Counted from the whole stretch's first letter, positions 47,439 through 60,491 are shown. The stretch is DNA of 63,529 bases, filler included, from Thraustochytrium aureum (GCA_012862495.1; 5 parts of 4 records of this genome joined end to end with filler, not necessarily neighbours in it), one strand, 5' to 3'. Program-made: numbers and translations. The notes: a model not told the origin generated them from the letters alone.

Positions 47439-47561
47439 NNNNNNNNNNNNNNNNNNNNNNNNNNNNNNNNNNNNNNNNNNNNNNNNNNNNNNNNNNNNNN
47501 NNNNNNNNNNNNNNNNNNNNNNNNNNNNNNNNNNNNNNNNNNNNNNNNNNNNNNNNNNNNN

Positions 47562-48650
47562 GGTCCTGCCAGTGACTGCTCAGCGAGGCCCGCCACGTCG
47601 GCCTCTAACACCGTGTCGTTGCTCTCGGACTCGAGCTTGCTCAGCACCGACTCCCCGAATGCCTTGCCAGCGGCGATGCGGTCCGGGGCGTCTGGTGTCG
47701 CACACGCCATCCCGGCCTCGCGCAAAGCCAACCCGTACAGTGCTCCAAGCACTGTGGAGATGCGCCCCCTCGCACGTCCTGCGTCGCGCCCGGAGTAACC
47801 CGACCTTTGGCGTTTTCGCGTCTAGATCCCCGAGGCAGCTCTTGAGCGTGTGAAGGACGAGGCCCAGGAGCTCGTCCCAGCCCGATTTACGCCACCCAGC
47901 CGGCGCTGCACTTTTCGTGGGGTGCTGAAGTTGCTGTGTCTCGAGGCAGGCTTGGATCGCTGCGCGCACGTCCTTGCCCTTTCGGCTCGACGAGGTCAGG
48001 GAAGCTTCGAGCGGCTTTCGCCACAGAAGTGCACTGGTGTTGAGCGCCTCAGCGAGGGCCTTGCTGTCGTTCTCAGAGAGGAAGGCCAGCTCGAAGGCTA
48101 GGCTGGCCGCCCTGCGCTTCCGGGTGCCTACAGAGTCGATGCTGTTGCTCGAGCTCGTGCGCCGAACACCCGTTTGCCTTGTTGACGAGTTGTTTGTTGA
48201 GCTCGCCGCGTCCGAGTCATCCCGCGACTCTCGTGTGGCCTCGTCAGCGCTTTTTCGCCTTTTCCGAGAGCTCGAACCAACGCTTGTCTTGGACGCTGCA
48301 CGCTTGAGCGAGCGGTCGGAGGACCTGCCGGCAGGCATCTCCGTCGGCGGCTGCACCGCCGCTCGCGAAGCGCAAGCACAGGCAGCAGCTCGCTCAGAAA
48401 CGACAAAGGCAGCGGCGCAAGCAGCGAGCGCAGATGCCGAGGCGCTGGCGGCGGCGGCCGTCGTTCGAGCACTGCTGCCAGAGTCGAGCGACGCGTCCAG
48501 ACGCCGCAGCAGCAGCAGATGCAGCAGCCGCAGCAGAAGCAGCAGCAGACGCAGACGCAGCAGCAAAAGAGGCAGCGACCGAGAGCAAAACCGCAGCGCG
48601 CCGCTCTCCCGCCGCCCTTCGGGTCCGCCCAACGCCCTCCGCGTCCGCGA
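47562..48650 (-). CDS. Hypothetical protein fragment (frameshifted)
   Basis: Protein-like helical segments in ORFs 47580..48632 and 47360..47752; start unclear. Confidence 0.35.
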
Positions 48651-48985
48651 TGGAGCGACTCCTCGTCACACGGCCAAAACCACCGCATTTAAACCCCGCC
48701 TGCCCGCCACCTCCCGCTTGGGTCCCGCGAAGCCATCCTCCTGTTCCCCCGCACCTTACCCATGGCCGAAATTAAACCACGCGGGGAGCTTAAGGTCCGC
48801 CGCCCGAAAGCCACCCGCGCCATGAATCCTGCGGAGCTCCTTGCGCTCGAGCCCGCACGGCAGCCCAAGCCAAAGGTATGGTTAAGAGACGCGGGGAGGA
48901 CGCGAGCGAGTGGATGGTCGTCGTGGCAGAAACGGGGCGAGCAGACACCCAACGATCGAAGGCAACGAGCTGCGCGCGCGCCGCA

Positions 48986-48986
48986 G

Positions 48987-49054
<68 letters not shown>
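48986..49054. repeat. (GCAG)n microsatellite
   Basis: Perfect tetranucleotide run upstream of the LysRS gene. Confidence 0.95.
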
Positions 49055-49135
49055 TGCCCGGAGAGCGATAGCGAGGCAGCGCTGGTGCGGCAGGCAACGG
49101 AGGAAGGCAGGGCGGAGAGCGGCGGTTTTGGCAGT

Positions 49136-50865
49136 ATGGCGGACCGCGGTATTCCTGAGGTGGAGAATGATCCCGAGGTGATTGAGTGGAAGGCGCAGGT
49201 GGATGCGGGGACGCTGTCGAAGAGCGAGTTTAAGAAGCGGAAGAAGGCCAAGGAGACCGCGTTTAAGAAGTCGGCCAAGGATGCCGCCAAGGAGCCGAGC
49301 GCCGGCGCGGAGGAGGGCGGCCCCAAGCTCCAGGTGGACGAGGAGGAGCTCGACCCCAGCAAGTACTACGAGAACCGCAACAAGGCGCTCGCGGACTTGT
49401 CCGCCAAGGGCGTCGACCTCTACCCGCACAAGTTCCAGGTGACGATCTCCCTGCCAGAGCTGGTGGCCAAGTACGAGGGCATCGAGGACGGCTCGCACGA
49501 CGAGGAGGCCAAGGTCTCGGTTGCCGGGCGCATCATGGCCAAGCGGCAGCAGGGGTCCAAGATGGTGTTCTACACGATCCAGGCCGACGGCGCCAAGCTG
49601 CAGATCATGTCGCAGTTGCAGCACTACGAGAGCGAGGAGGCCTTCTTCGAGGTGCACAACGTTTTGCGGCGCGGCGACATCGTCGGTGTCTCCGGCTTCG
49701 TGGGCAAGAGCAAGAAGGGCGAGTTGTCCGTGTTCCCGCGGTCGCTCAGGTTGCTTTCGGCTTGCCTGCACATGCTCCCGCTGGCCAAGAAGGGCCAGGA
49801 CGCCCTCACCAACCAGGACACGCGATACCGCAAGCGGTTCTTGGACCTGATCATGACCCCGAGCACTCGCGACGTGTTTTACACGCGCGCCAAAATCATC
49901 AACTACATCCGCCGGTTCCTGGACATGCGCGGGTTTTTGGAGGTGGAGACACCAAACATGAACATGATCGCGGGCGGGGCAACGGCCAAGCCGTTCGTGA
50001 CCTTCCACAACTCGCTCAACATGGAACTCTTCATGCGTGTCGCCCCGGAGCTCTACCTGAAGAAGCTGGTCGTTGGCGGCCTCGACAAGGTGTACGAGAT
50101 CGGAAAGCAGTTCCGCAACGAGGGCATCGACCTGACGCACAACCCCGAATTCACCTCGGTGGAGTTTTACGAGGCGTACGCCGACTACAAGGACCTCATG
50201 GAGACCACCGAGCAGCTGCTGTCGGGCATGGTCAAGGAGATCTGCGGCTCGTACGTGATCCAGTACCAGCGCCTGGGCGAAGACGAGCCGCTGACGATCG
50301 ATTTCACGCCGCCGTTCAAGCGCGTGTCTATGATCGGCGGCCTCGAGGAGGTGCTCAAGGTCAAGATCCCCGAGGACCTCTCCTCGGAAGAGGCCAACAA
50401 GATGCTCGACGAGCTCGCCACCAAGCTCGAGGTGGACTGCGCCCCGCCACGCACCACGGCGCGCCTCCTCGACAAGCTCGTCGGCGAGTTCATGGAGGGC
50501 GACTTTATCAGCCCGACGTTTATCACGGACCACCCGCTGATCCTCTCTCCGCTCGCCAAGAAGCACCGGAGCAACCCTTTCCTCACCGAGCGCTTCGAGC
50601 TCTTCGTGGCAGGCAAAGAGCTTTGCAACGCGTACACCGAGTTGAACGACCCGCATGACCAGCGCAGCCGCTTCGTGGACCAGATGAAGGACAAGTCCGC
50701 CGGCGATGACGAGGCACAGTCCCACGACGAGTCGTTCTGCGAGGCGCTCGAGTACGGACTGCCGCCCACGGGGGGCTGGGGCCTCGGCGTGGACCGCCTG
50801 ACAATGTTCCTCACGAACAAGAACAACATCAAGGAGGTGCTGCTCTTCCCAGCAATGAAGCCCGA
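49136..50865 (+). CDS. KARS: Class II lysyl-tRNA synthetase, eukaryotic cytosolic type (end lies in a gap)
   Basis: [84 protein letters not shown]. Confidence 0.97.
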
Positions 50866-51624
50866 ANNNNNNNNNNNNNNNNNNNNNNNNNNNNNNNNNN
50901 NNNNNNNNNNNNNNNNNNNNNNNNNNNNNNNNNNNNNNNNNNNNNNNNNNNNNNNNNNNNNNNNNNNNNNNNNNNNNNNNNNNNNNNNNNNNNNNNNNNN
51001 NNNNNNNNNNNNNNNNNNNNNNNNNNNNNNNNNNNNNNNNNNNNNNNNNNNNNNNNNNNNNNNNNNNNNNNNNNNNNNNNNNNNNNNNNNNNNNNNNNNN
51101 NNNNNNNNNNNNNNNNNNNNNNNNNNNNNNNNNNNNNNNNNNNNNNNNNNNNNNNNNNNNNNNNNNNNNNNNNNNNNNNNNNNNNNNNNNNNAGGGATGC
51201 CGTTGTTGCTGAAGGCTGTCTTGCGCTTGTTGCTTGCCGAGGCTTTGGCTCTTTGGGTCGGGAAACGATGATACAAACTTGATGATCCCAGTATGATTAT
51301 TCAAATAGACTACAATTCCCTGATCCCACGACCAAAGAGGCCAGGCCTCGGGGGCGGGCGCGGTGTCGCAGCTGCCTGCGCGCGTGCTAGGGGTTCGGTT
51401 TGTCAGCGAGACACTAACATTTCGCTATAAACCCGCGCAGACCAAGCAGAAAAGACGAGCGGAGGCGACGAGGCTGCCGCAACCGAAGAGTAGACTCGGA
51501 AAGCCCCACCCGGCCACTGCACGTGCGGGCTCTCCGCGAAGTTACACGCGCGAAACAAGACCCTACTACAATAATAATGGAAATCCTCGTGAATGCCCGA
51601 GGGCCTGCCAGGGCATCGAGCTTG

Positions 51625-52603
51625 TCAGCACAGCAGCGCCTCTTGCATGCCCAAGTCGTTGCGCTTCTCGGCATAGTCGATGGGCGTGCGCGACTTGAAG
51701 TCGCGCGCCCTGACCTGCGCGCCGTGCTGGCGGAGCAGCTTGGCAAGGTGCAACTTGCCGGCGACCACGGCGACGTGCAGCGGGGTCCGCCCCTTCTGGT
51801 CGCGCCCGTGGACGTCGGTCTTGCCGCTCTCCAGCAAGCGGCACACAGCCTCCATGCGCCCGAGCCGGATAGCAAGGTGAAGGGCGGTGCCGTCCGGCTG
51901 TCCCGCGCCGAGGTTGGCGTCGCAGCCGTACTGGAGCAAGGTCTCGATCATCGCGGCCTGGTCGGCGTCCACGGCATGATGCAACGCGCTCCACTGCTCG
52001 TTGCTGAGAGCGTTCACACTGCCGCCCTTTTCCAGCATGAGCTCGACCACCTGGCGCTGCCCGGTTCGGGTTGCGTGCATGATCACGGTCTCCCCGGTCT
52101 GCAGCTGGCGCATGTCAGGGTTGAACGAGGTGCTCGTGCTTGCCAGGAGCGCGTTGGGCTCGATCTTCTTCATAAAGTTGAGGATGCCGCCGATGTTGCC
52201 TTTCCGCGCGTACGAGTAGATGGACTGCATGGACGCCGGCGCATACTCGATGGCGGGCGCCTTTCGTGATTCTGCTGGGCTGGCTGCGTTCGTGGTGGCA
52301 CTAGGCACGCCTGCGGACCTTAGTGCCGCGGAGGGTGAGAACGCCGACGCCGACGGCGAGCCCCGGCCCGCGGCGCTGCGGCTGCGATGCGGGCTTGCGC
52401 CTGCGGCGTGAGCGGCGTGAGCGCTGCTGCCGAGGGGTCGGTTGTTCGCGCTTCCCGAGACAGAGGTGGAGACCTGCAGCCGGCTCTTGACCTTGCCCGG
52501 CGTGAACTTGAGCTTGCCCCCGGACGGACTCGCGGCTGCAGGGAGCGCGCTCGATGGGCGGCCGGTGATGGGTTTGGCCAAGGCGGTGGCCACAACCGGG
52601 AGC
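51625..52603 (-). CDS. Ankyrin-repeat protein, C-terminal part
   Basis: TGETVIMHA, QWSALHHAV, GTALHLAI, GRTPLHVAV, RTPIDYA; the N-terminus may be MGQDGEEDAV... near 53623, across the gap. Confidence 0.9.
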
Positions 52604-54551
52604 NNNNNNNNNNNNNNNNNNNNNNNNNNNNNNNNNNNNNNNNNNNNNNNNNNNNNNNNNNNNNNNNNNNNNNNNNNNNNNNNNNNNNNNNNNNNNNNNN
52701 NNNNNNNNNNNNNNNNNNNNNNNNNNNNNNNNNNNNNNNNNNNNNNNNNNNNNNNNNNNNNNNNNNNNNNNNNNNNNNNNNNNNNNNNNNNNNNNNNNNN
52801 NNNNNNNNNNNNNNNNNNNNNNNNNNNNNNNNNNNNNNNNNNNNNNNNNNNNNNNNNNNNNNNNNNNNNNNNNNNNNNNNNNNNNNNNNNNNNNNNNNNN
52901 NNNNNNNNNNNNNNNNNNNNNNNNNNNNNNNNNNNNNNNNNNNNNNNNNNNNNNNNNNNNNNNNNNNNNNNNNNNNNNNNNNNNNNNNNNNNNNNNNNNN
53001 NNNNNNNNNNNNNNNNNNNNNNNNNNNNNNNNNNNNNNNNNNNNNNNNNNNNNNNNNNNNNNNNNNNNNNNNNNNNNNNNNNNNNNNNNNNNNNNNNNNN
53101 NNNNNNNNNNNNNNNNNNNNNNNNNNNNNNNNNNNNNNNNNNNNNNNNNNNNNNNNNNNNNNNNNNNNNNNNNNNNNNNNNNNNNNNNNNNNNNNNNNNN
53201 NNNNNNNNNNNNNNNNNNNNNNNNNNNNNNNNNNNNNNNNNNNNNNNNNNNNNNNNNNNNNNNNNNNNNNNNNNNNNNNNNNNNNNNNNNNNNNNNNNNN
53301 NNNNNNNNNNNNNNNNNNNNNNNNNNNNNNNNNNNNNNNNNNNNNNNNNNNNNNNNNNNNNNNNNNNNNNNNNNNNNNNNNNNNNNNNNNNNNNNNNNNN
53401 NNNNNNNNNNNNNNNNNNNNNNNNNNNNNNNNNNNNNNNNNNNNNNNNNNNNNNNNNNNNNNNNNNNNNNNNNNNNNNNNNNNNNNNNNNNNNNNNNNNN
53501 NNNNNNNNNNNNNNNNNNNNNNNNNNNNNNCCTCCTTGAGCAGTACATCCGTCCTGTCCTTTTCGTCTTGCAGCGCGACGCGGAGCTCGGTTGCCACCGC
53601 GTCCTCTTCGCCGTCTTGGCCCATCTCGCTCGCGCCGATCCACGCTGCTGAGCACGACGGGCAAGATCGTCCTTTTCCGCCCTCCCTGCGCGCTTGCGCA
53701 GGACGAAGTTCTCGCCAACGCAATGGCGCGCTCGTTCCACCCGACGAGCGACAGTGAGAATCGCTCGCGGGCGCGCTGTGCCGCGGCCTCTGTTGAGCTC
53801 GTCACGTGCCTGGGGCTCAACCTCGCGCTGCTTACCTCAAGCAAGGACGCTCAGGTACTTGGCCCGCTGCCCGTGCTTTCGATGGCCGCTTGCCTGGGTC
53901 TCGCCGTGCTTTCTTTCGATGGCTGCCTGCCTCGGGCTCGTGCAACTCGTGGTGTCGGTGCTCGAACTCGTGGTGGTCGCGTGCTTGAAGTTGGACAAGA
54001 GGCGCTCGTGCTCGTGCTCGTGCATGCGTTGGTACTGGCGGCGGCGCTGGTACTGGCGCTGGCGTTGGTGCTGAAGATGACGATGACGATGACGATGAAA
54101 TGCGCTGCCCTGCCTGCGCGCTGCGCCCCGTTGCGCGTCTGCGCCATGCACGACAGTGGCTCTTCGAGCGCCACCGCGGCCAACGGATCAACCGCATTCC
54201 TCAGAACAGAACGCACACCCAGAGCAAAGGTGTGCGCTCGTTCCGGCGAAGTGGGATTGGCGTTGTTTGGACGTTTCGCGGGAGTGGACAGAGAGCGGAT
54301 GGCGTCCCAACTGATCGATCGATCGATGTGCGCGAGGGACGGGACGAGGCGGCCCCTGGAGAGCGCAGTCGCGCATCGGGAAGGCGCAGACGGCGGTCGC
54401 GGAGCGGCTTGGACCTGTTGCGGTGCGGCGGAGGCTCTTGCCCTGGTTTTGACGCAGGTTCTGGTCTTGGTTTGGTGCGATTCGGTGCAGAATTGCGCGC
54501 TTGGCGGTGGATCCTGGCCGGACAGGACAGTCCAGTTGGCGCGCGGACGGG

Positions 54552-55622
54552 ATGGACGGGAGCATGTCGTTTGAGGAGTTTGCAGCTGTGCGCAGGCGCA
54601 GGAAGCAGCAGGAGGAGAATGTGGCCAAGGAGGATGGTCGCAAAGAACGCGTGGTTGGCGCAGAGGCGGGGCGGGAAGCGGAGGACGAAGGCGAGTCGGG
54701 CGTGCTCGCGAGGCTAGGGGGCGCTCTGCAGACCCAGGAGCTGCAGTTGGTGCTGGTGGTCCTGATCGTGGTCGACTTTTTGAGCGGGTTTTACCAGCTG
54801 TACGCGCAGGCGCGCGGCTGGCAGAGCCCAATGCTGAGCATTTTGGAGTACCAGTCGGGGCTGTGCTTGCTGCTGTTTTCGCTCGAGCTCGGGCTCGTGT
54901 TGCTCGCGTTTCGCAGCGAGACGCTGTCTCACTTTGGGTACTCGCTGGACATTGCCGTCGTTGGCGCCATGTACTATGGCATCCTGGCGTCGCCAGGCCC
55001 AGGGTCGGCGCTCGTGCCGGGCACGCGCATCCTGAACGTGTTCCGGCTGTGGCGGGTCGTGCGCATGATCAACGGTGCCATCGCAGCAAGCGAGCAGGCC
55101 CACGCGGCCACTAAGACCGAGCTAGCGGATCTGCAGGACAAGGTGGAGGGGTTCAAGCTGCGCGCTCGCAAAGCCGAGCAAGCTGCGAAGCGGGAAACGG
55201 ACAAGTACCGGCGGCTGGAGCAGTCTTTCCGTGCGCAGCGCGACGAGCTGGACACGATGCGAGAGGCCTTGCAGATCGCCGCGCAGACGATGGCCAAGGT
55301 CCAGGGCCTCGAGTCGATCGCGGGCTTGATGGGTGCGGAGGAGCAGCTCGAGCTCGAGCGTGTCGTTGAGGAGGAGCGCAGCACGAGCCGGCGCAAGGCC
55401 GGGGCGTCCAGCACTGGTCTTGAGGCTGTGGGGGGCAAGGAGGCTGGCGAAGAGGATGACGACGACTTTGTGGATTACCCAGACGTGGCGGACGACGACA
55501 ACTCGGAGGCAGACCCAACGAGAAATGGGGATGTGTCGCCTTTGCAGCGGCGCGGTCAGGCAGGGTCTAGTGAAGCCTGGGCCGCGCTCGCGTCCGCCGA
55601 GCCACAGGACACGAGTTCGTAA
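54552..55622 (+). CDS. HVCN1: Hv1-type voltage-gated proton channel (voltage-sensor domain + coiled coil)
   Basis: S1 VLVVLIVVDF (Asp), S2 LFSLEL, S3 LDIAVV, S4 FRLWRVVRMING (RxWRxxR..N), no pore domain, C-terminal coiled coil. Confidence 0.8.
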   Translation: MDGSMSFEEFAAVRRRRKQQEENVAKEDGRKERVVGAEAGREAEDEGESGVLARLGGALQTQELQLVLVVLIVVDFLSGFYQLYAQARGWQSPMLSILEYQSGLCLLLFSLELGLVLLAFRSETLSHFGYSLDIAVVGAMYYGILASPGPGSALVPGTRILNVFRLWRVVRMINGAIAASEQAHAATKTELADLQDKVEGFKLRARKAEQAAKRETDKYRRLEQSFRAQRDELDTMREALQIAAQTMAKVQGLESIAGLMGAEEQLELERVVEEERSTSRRKAGASSTGLEAVGGKEAGEEDDDDFVDYPDVADDDNSEADPTRNGDVSPLQRRGQAGSSEAWAALASAEPQDTSS

Positions 55623-56085
55623 ATTGTCTTGCTAGTGTTTACAAAAGAGAAGAGCTCTGAGCCGGACGGCAGAGAGACGGCTGCATGAGGCCTGTCGAGT
55701 CGCCGAAGGCTCCAGCGCGCCGCGAGAGCAAGCCAGCGATACGAATACGAGCCTCTCGTTGCTGCGCTGCTGTGGGCTTGGTTTCCTTGCGTGCACCCAC
55801 AGCATTCGAGCGCTTTGCCAAGCTCGCCTCTCGAGCCNNNNNNNNNNNNNNNNNNNNNNNNNNNNNNNNNNNNNNNNNNNNNNNNNNNNNNNNNNNNNNN
55901 NNNNNNNNNNNNNNNNNNNNNNNNNNNNNNNNNNNNNNNNNNNNNNNNNNNNNNNNNNNNNNNNNNNNNNNNNNNNNNNNNNNNNNNNNNNNNNNNNNNN
56001 NNNNNNNNNNNNNNNNNNNNNNNNNNNNNNNNNNNNNNNNNNNNNNNNNNNNNNNNNNNNNNNNCAGGAGCTTTTTCAGGTCGAT

Positions 56086-57023
56086 TTAGGCGGGGGTCTT
56101 GCCGATGCGCTCGGCCACAGCAAGCTGGGTACGCGTCATGTTGGAAAGGTACACGACCATGAGGAGGTCCTGCAGGTTGTGGCGGAAAGCCTTGTCGAAG
56201 AGCTCGGGCTGGATACGCGGCACCATAGACACAACACTGGCGATCCGCGAGCCGATCTTGTAATCCGGCTGGCGGCGCTTGGCCACAACGTCGTCCACGT
56301 ATGCGCTGACGGTATCGAGCATGCCCAACAGTCTTGACACGGACTGCTCGAGGTTTGCGATGTCAGAGTTGATCTCGTTCGAGTCGACGAGCTGCTTGGA
56401 CGTGTCGAAGCGCTTGGTGGTCGACGACTTGATCATGAGGTCGAGGCCGATGCGCTCCGGCTCGGAGCACTGGAGCTCCACCTTGAGCTGGTTGAAAGCG
56501 GCCGCAAGCACGCTCTCCCCGAGCAGAACCGTGTCGCTGAGGTAGGCCTTGACTGAGAGAATGCTGTTGGTGAGCGAGGTGTCCACGACAAGGTGGACCG
56601 GGTCTTTGCATTCTGCGCTGTAAAAGTCCTGGATAAGGCAGCTCTGCTGGTTGATCATCACCGAGTCGGCGGCGGTCGTGGCGTACCAGCCGAGACCTCC
56701 TCGTTCGGGTTGACCTTCTCGTGCAGCTCGAGCATGTGTTTGAGAAACTCTTTGCCGACGGCGACCTCCTCCTCGCCTTTCTCCACGTGCGGGACGGGGA
56801 AGCAGTTTTTAATCACGATCGAGCTGGAGGTCCGCGTCCCGAGCAGCGTCCCGATCACCCTGACCTGCCCCTCGTTCCGATGAATGAAGTGGTCCAAGAT
56901 CGAGAAGAGCACAACCGGGTGCACTTTGACGGTCTGCTTGACTCGCTCGACCTGCTCGACCTCCTCTTCCTGCTGCTCCGCGACCACCTCGACCGCGCCG
57001 TCGTCGGCGACCACGTCCGCCAT
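56086..57023 (-). CDS. EIF3F: Translation initiation factor 3 subunit F (MPN domain); 1-nt frameshift near 56694
   Basis: [35 protein letters not shown] restored by adding one base, [26 protein letters not shown]. Confidence 0.92.
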
Positions 57024-57821
57024 CCTCCTTTCGCGCGCGCGTACCCGCCCTGCCCACTTGGTCCGCGGCCGCCCTCTGCACGACTAGCGTCTTCTCCGGA
57101 GCGAGCGATCCGCGACAGATGGCCTCTCCGCGACAGCAGCCTCGCCTCGCCCGTGCTCTTGTGCGCCTCGCGAGAGTCTTCTGGCGCCACCCATCCGACT
57201 ATCTCACCACCACACAGACAGGCCCAGCGCACCCTAACCCAAACCCTACCCTCCTTCTTGGAGAAGATTCGTAAAGAACAAAAGGCGTTTTCAGTGCNNN
57301 NNNNNNNNNNNNNNNNNNNNNNNNNNNNNNNNNNNNNNNNNNNNNNNNNNNNNNNNNNNNNNNNNNNNNNNNNNNNNNNNNNNNNNNNNNNNNNNNNNNN
57401 NNNNNNNNNNNNNNNNNNNNNNNNNNNNNNNNNNNNNNNNNNNNNNNNNNNNNNNNNNNNNNNNNNNNNNNNNNNNNNNNNNNNNNNNNNNNNNNNNNNN
57501 NNNNNNNNNNNNNNNNNNNNNNNNNNNNNNNNNNNNNNNNNNNNNNNNNNNNNNNNNNNNNNNNNNNNNNNNNNNNNNNNNNNNNNNNNNNNNNNNNNNN
57601 NNNNNNNNNNNNNNNNNNNNNNNNNNNNNNNNNNNNNNNNNNNNNNNNNNNNNNNNNNNNNNNNNNNNNNNNNNNNNNNNNNNNNNNNNNNNNNNNNNNN
57701 NNNNNNNNNNNNNNNNNNNNNNNNNNNNNNNNNNNNNNNNNNNNNNNNNNNNNNNNNNNNNNNNNNNNNNNNNNNNNNNNNNNNNNNNNNNNNNNNNNNN
57801 NNNNNNNNNNNNNNNNNNNNN

Positions 57822-58108
57822 GAGCCAAACCATATAATTTCAACTACGTACAGCCCATACTTGGGCAGCCTGGACTCGAGGAGCACGCCGGCGCACTGCA
57901 CCGCCCCGTCCTCCGGGCTGACGCACCCGAGCACGACCGGGGCGCCTTCGCGCGGCTCGCAGACCACAAGCGTCTTGTTAATGTCCTCAACGCTATCCGT
58001 AAAGTACCCGCCGAGGATGGCCTTGGCCTGCTCGAGGTGCTCTGCGGTGCGCAGCACGGTCACGCCGCCGAGGGCCCCAGCCTCCGACGACGTGACAAAT
58101 CCATCCAT
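57822..58108 (-). CDS. Hypothetical protein N-terminus, possibly GNAT-like
   Basis: ATG-initiated globular alpha/beta-looking frame running into a gap (…VQCAGVLL…VVEIIWFG). Confidence 0.35.
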
Positions 58109-58920
58109 TTTTCCTGCCCGCTCCGCGCCGATCTACCTAGCCCAAGAGTCCAGCTTGCCGGACCCCTCGCCGCCAGCCCCCAGCCGCCTGCCGCCAGGCA
58201 GAGCGCGGCCGCCTCGTGCACGCTGCAGCACCTGCTCGTGCNCAAAACCAGCCAGCCACCCGCGGCCAGCCAGCACGATGGGCAGGAAAAGCACCAGAGC
58301 AAGCGAGCTCGCCAGCAAGCCAGTGAGCGCGCGGCCAGGCGGGCGGGCGGGCGGGCGGCCAGGCGGGCGGGCGGGCGCTTGAGCGAGCGCTCGTGCGAGC
58401 TCCGCCACTGTCTTTCGCCGCAGTGGGGCTGGCGTTGGTCAACCACACGCGCCTGTCGGAACGCGTCCCGTGGGCTCTAAATCGCGCACGTCACGTAGCC
58501 TCCACGTCACGACGCATTTCCAGTCCTCGCACGGAATTTACGTCACGAGGTGACCCCTGTGATGGAATTGGTTTTAATATGCATGGGGTGTTTTTTCCTC
58601 TTTCAGACACGAGCTGTCCTTGAAAGCCTGCCAACTGACCTGGACTCGCGGCAGCGGCGCGCGAGGCGCCGGCCGGGAGCGGCGAGGCTGGCGAAAAAAC
58701 GCGCCTTTGTCTTGCCAAGAGAAGGCTTCCGCGGTTTTGACCAGGCCGCGCGAATCAGTCCAGCTTGGCAGAGATTCTCGGAGATTCTCGGAGCGCTTGA
58801 AGCGCGCAAGCCGTTGGAATCTGATCTGGTGTGGAAGGAAAAAAGGAAAGGAAGAAATGCAGACGTTGGGTGGTTGGGACTCTGTCACGGGTACTCACTC
58901 TACTATTGCCAGGAAGGGCG

Positions 58921-59961
58921 TCATCGGCTTGTGCGCTGACGCGAGCGCTTGTCCATCGCATAGCCGCGCTTCTCCGCAGCCTTGTACTGCATGGGCTTCT
59001 TGGCACTCCCGACTTGACGAGCCCCGAACGTGGCCGCCTGCAAGTCGTAGAGGTCTTCAAAGTCGGAGTCGTCAGAGAACGAGCCCGCCCGCGCAAGCGC
59101 GCGGTGCTCAACTTGCTCCCGCTGCACTGGCGCCGCGGGTTTGGGTTCGCGCAGCTTCTTGGCCTTGGTTGAGACAGTCTCCCACCCGCTCGCCTCCTCC
59201 TCGTCCTCGCCGATGACCGACTCGTCGATCCGCCCCTGCGGCGGAGGATTGCCCACACTGCGCACCGCAATCTCGCGGGGATTTACGTGCGAGGCGCTGT
59301 TGAGGTGCCTGAGCCGCTGATATGCCTCGTACGCCTCCTCCTCCTCCTCCTCGTCCGAGTCAGAGACAAGCGCCGCCCACGCGTTCGCATTTGGTGTGGG
59401 CTCGACCGCGGCAGCATACCTTCCATTCGCCAGGTTGAGGGCCTGCATGCCGTTCCGGCCCTCCGCCGCGCTGGCTGGACCAGGCAACGGGCTGTGACCC
59501 CTATCTGGCCGCTTCCACGCTTGCGACCCGACAGAGGTCTCGGAAAGGTTGCCATCAAACATGTCCGCGAGGAGCTGGCGACCGGTCTCGGAGAGCGAGC
59601 GCGAGCGCATGCGTACAGGACCAGTGTGCGCAAAGGAGCCCGAGTCACTGGCAAAGCGCGGAGGGACCGGGAGCATCGCAGTCATTGACGCCGGCCGAGC
59701 GTTCTCAGGCGGAGGGAGTTGGCTCCCCAGCGGAGCAAACGCATGTGCCAGCATTGGCACTGGCGCCGAAGTCGACCGCGTCAGGCTAGTTTCAGGGCCC
59801 GAGTACGACCATGCGCGCGCCCTCAGCTGCGCGCCGCTCGCTGGCGACATGCGAGGCGACATGCGAGGCGAGGGCAGCGGCGACGCGTTCGCTCCGTCTA
59901 CCCGCAGCGCGTTCGCAGTAGCTTGGCCCACGCCGAGCCCGGCACTCGAGTTGCGCTGCAT
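58921..59961 (-). CDS. Hypothetical disordered Ser/Pro-rich protein
   Basis: 346-aa ORF with acidic tracts and a basic C-terminus; may be 5'-truncated at the scaffold end. Confidence 0.55.
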   Translation of the reverse strand: MQRNSSAGLGVGQATANALRVDGANASPLPSPRMSPRMSPASGAQLRARAWSYSGPETSLTRSTSAPVPMLAHAFAPLGSQLPPPENARPASMTAMLPVPPRFASDSGSFAHTGPVRMRSRSLSETGRQLLADMFDGNLSETSVGSQAWKRPDRGHSPLPGPASAAEGRNGMQALNLANGRYAAAVEPTPNANAWAALVSDSDEEEEEEAYEAYQRLRHLNSASHVNPREIAVRSVGNPPPQGRIDESVIGEDEEEASGWETVSTKAKKLREPKPAAPVQREQVEHRALARAGSFSDDSDFEDLYDLQAATFGARQVGSAKKPMQYKAAEKRGYAMDKRSRQRTSR

Positions 59962-60018
59962 CTCCCTTCCTCCCNNNNNNNNNNNNNNNNNNNNNNNNNN
60001 NNNNNNNNNNNNNNNNNN

Positions 60019-60030
60019 TTAATTAATTAA
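60019..60030. other. Artificial scaffold linker
   Basis: TTAATTAATTAA within Ns. Confidence 0.95.
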
Positions 60031-60491
60031 NNNNNNNNNNNNNNNNNNNNNNNNNNNNNNNNNNNNNNNNNNNNAAACGCCGCCATGAGAAACCTCTCAG
60101 TAGCTAAGTACCACCAGAAGGATACTTCGTTTGTTCTTCCAAAACGGTGTGCGCTCCGCCTGCACACTCGAGGGACACTGGGGAGATGGTTGATTTCGGG
60201 AGTCTATGGCGTTGGGCCCGAAACGCGATGCGCAGACCCCGAAGGATCGACGGCAGCTGCGGCATAGCGAGCCCGGCACCGAGAAGCGCGCTACTATTCT
60301 CAATAACAGGGTGCCGAGCTTCACGTTTGCTTCCTGGTCTGCGGCCTGTACCCGTTCGAACGGGCTCGACGTCTGCAGGCCGCTCTAGCTAGCTAGAGGC
60401 TACCCACGTGTTGTCGCCTGTGCTCGCCGTCGTCTGCGCTAGGCGGCAGCAGATTGTCTTTGGCCTGGGCCAAAAGTGGCTGGGCGCGGAA

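Noticed and set aside
48689..51304. 871-aa antisense ORF over LysRS and similar shadow ORFs
   Set aside because: Expected from high GC3 codon bias; no recognisable motifs.
56660..56720. Programmed frameshifting or pseudogenisation (eIF3f, AMACR, RPAP1, sugar transporter, ARM gene)
   Set aside because: Essential, otherwise intact genes carry isolated indels with no shared slippery motif; low-coverage consensus errors are the simplest explanation. Read mapping would settle it.
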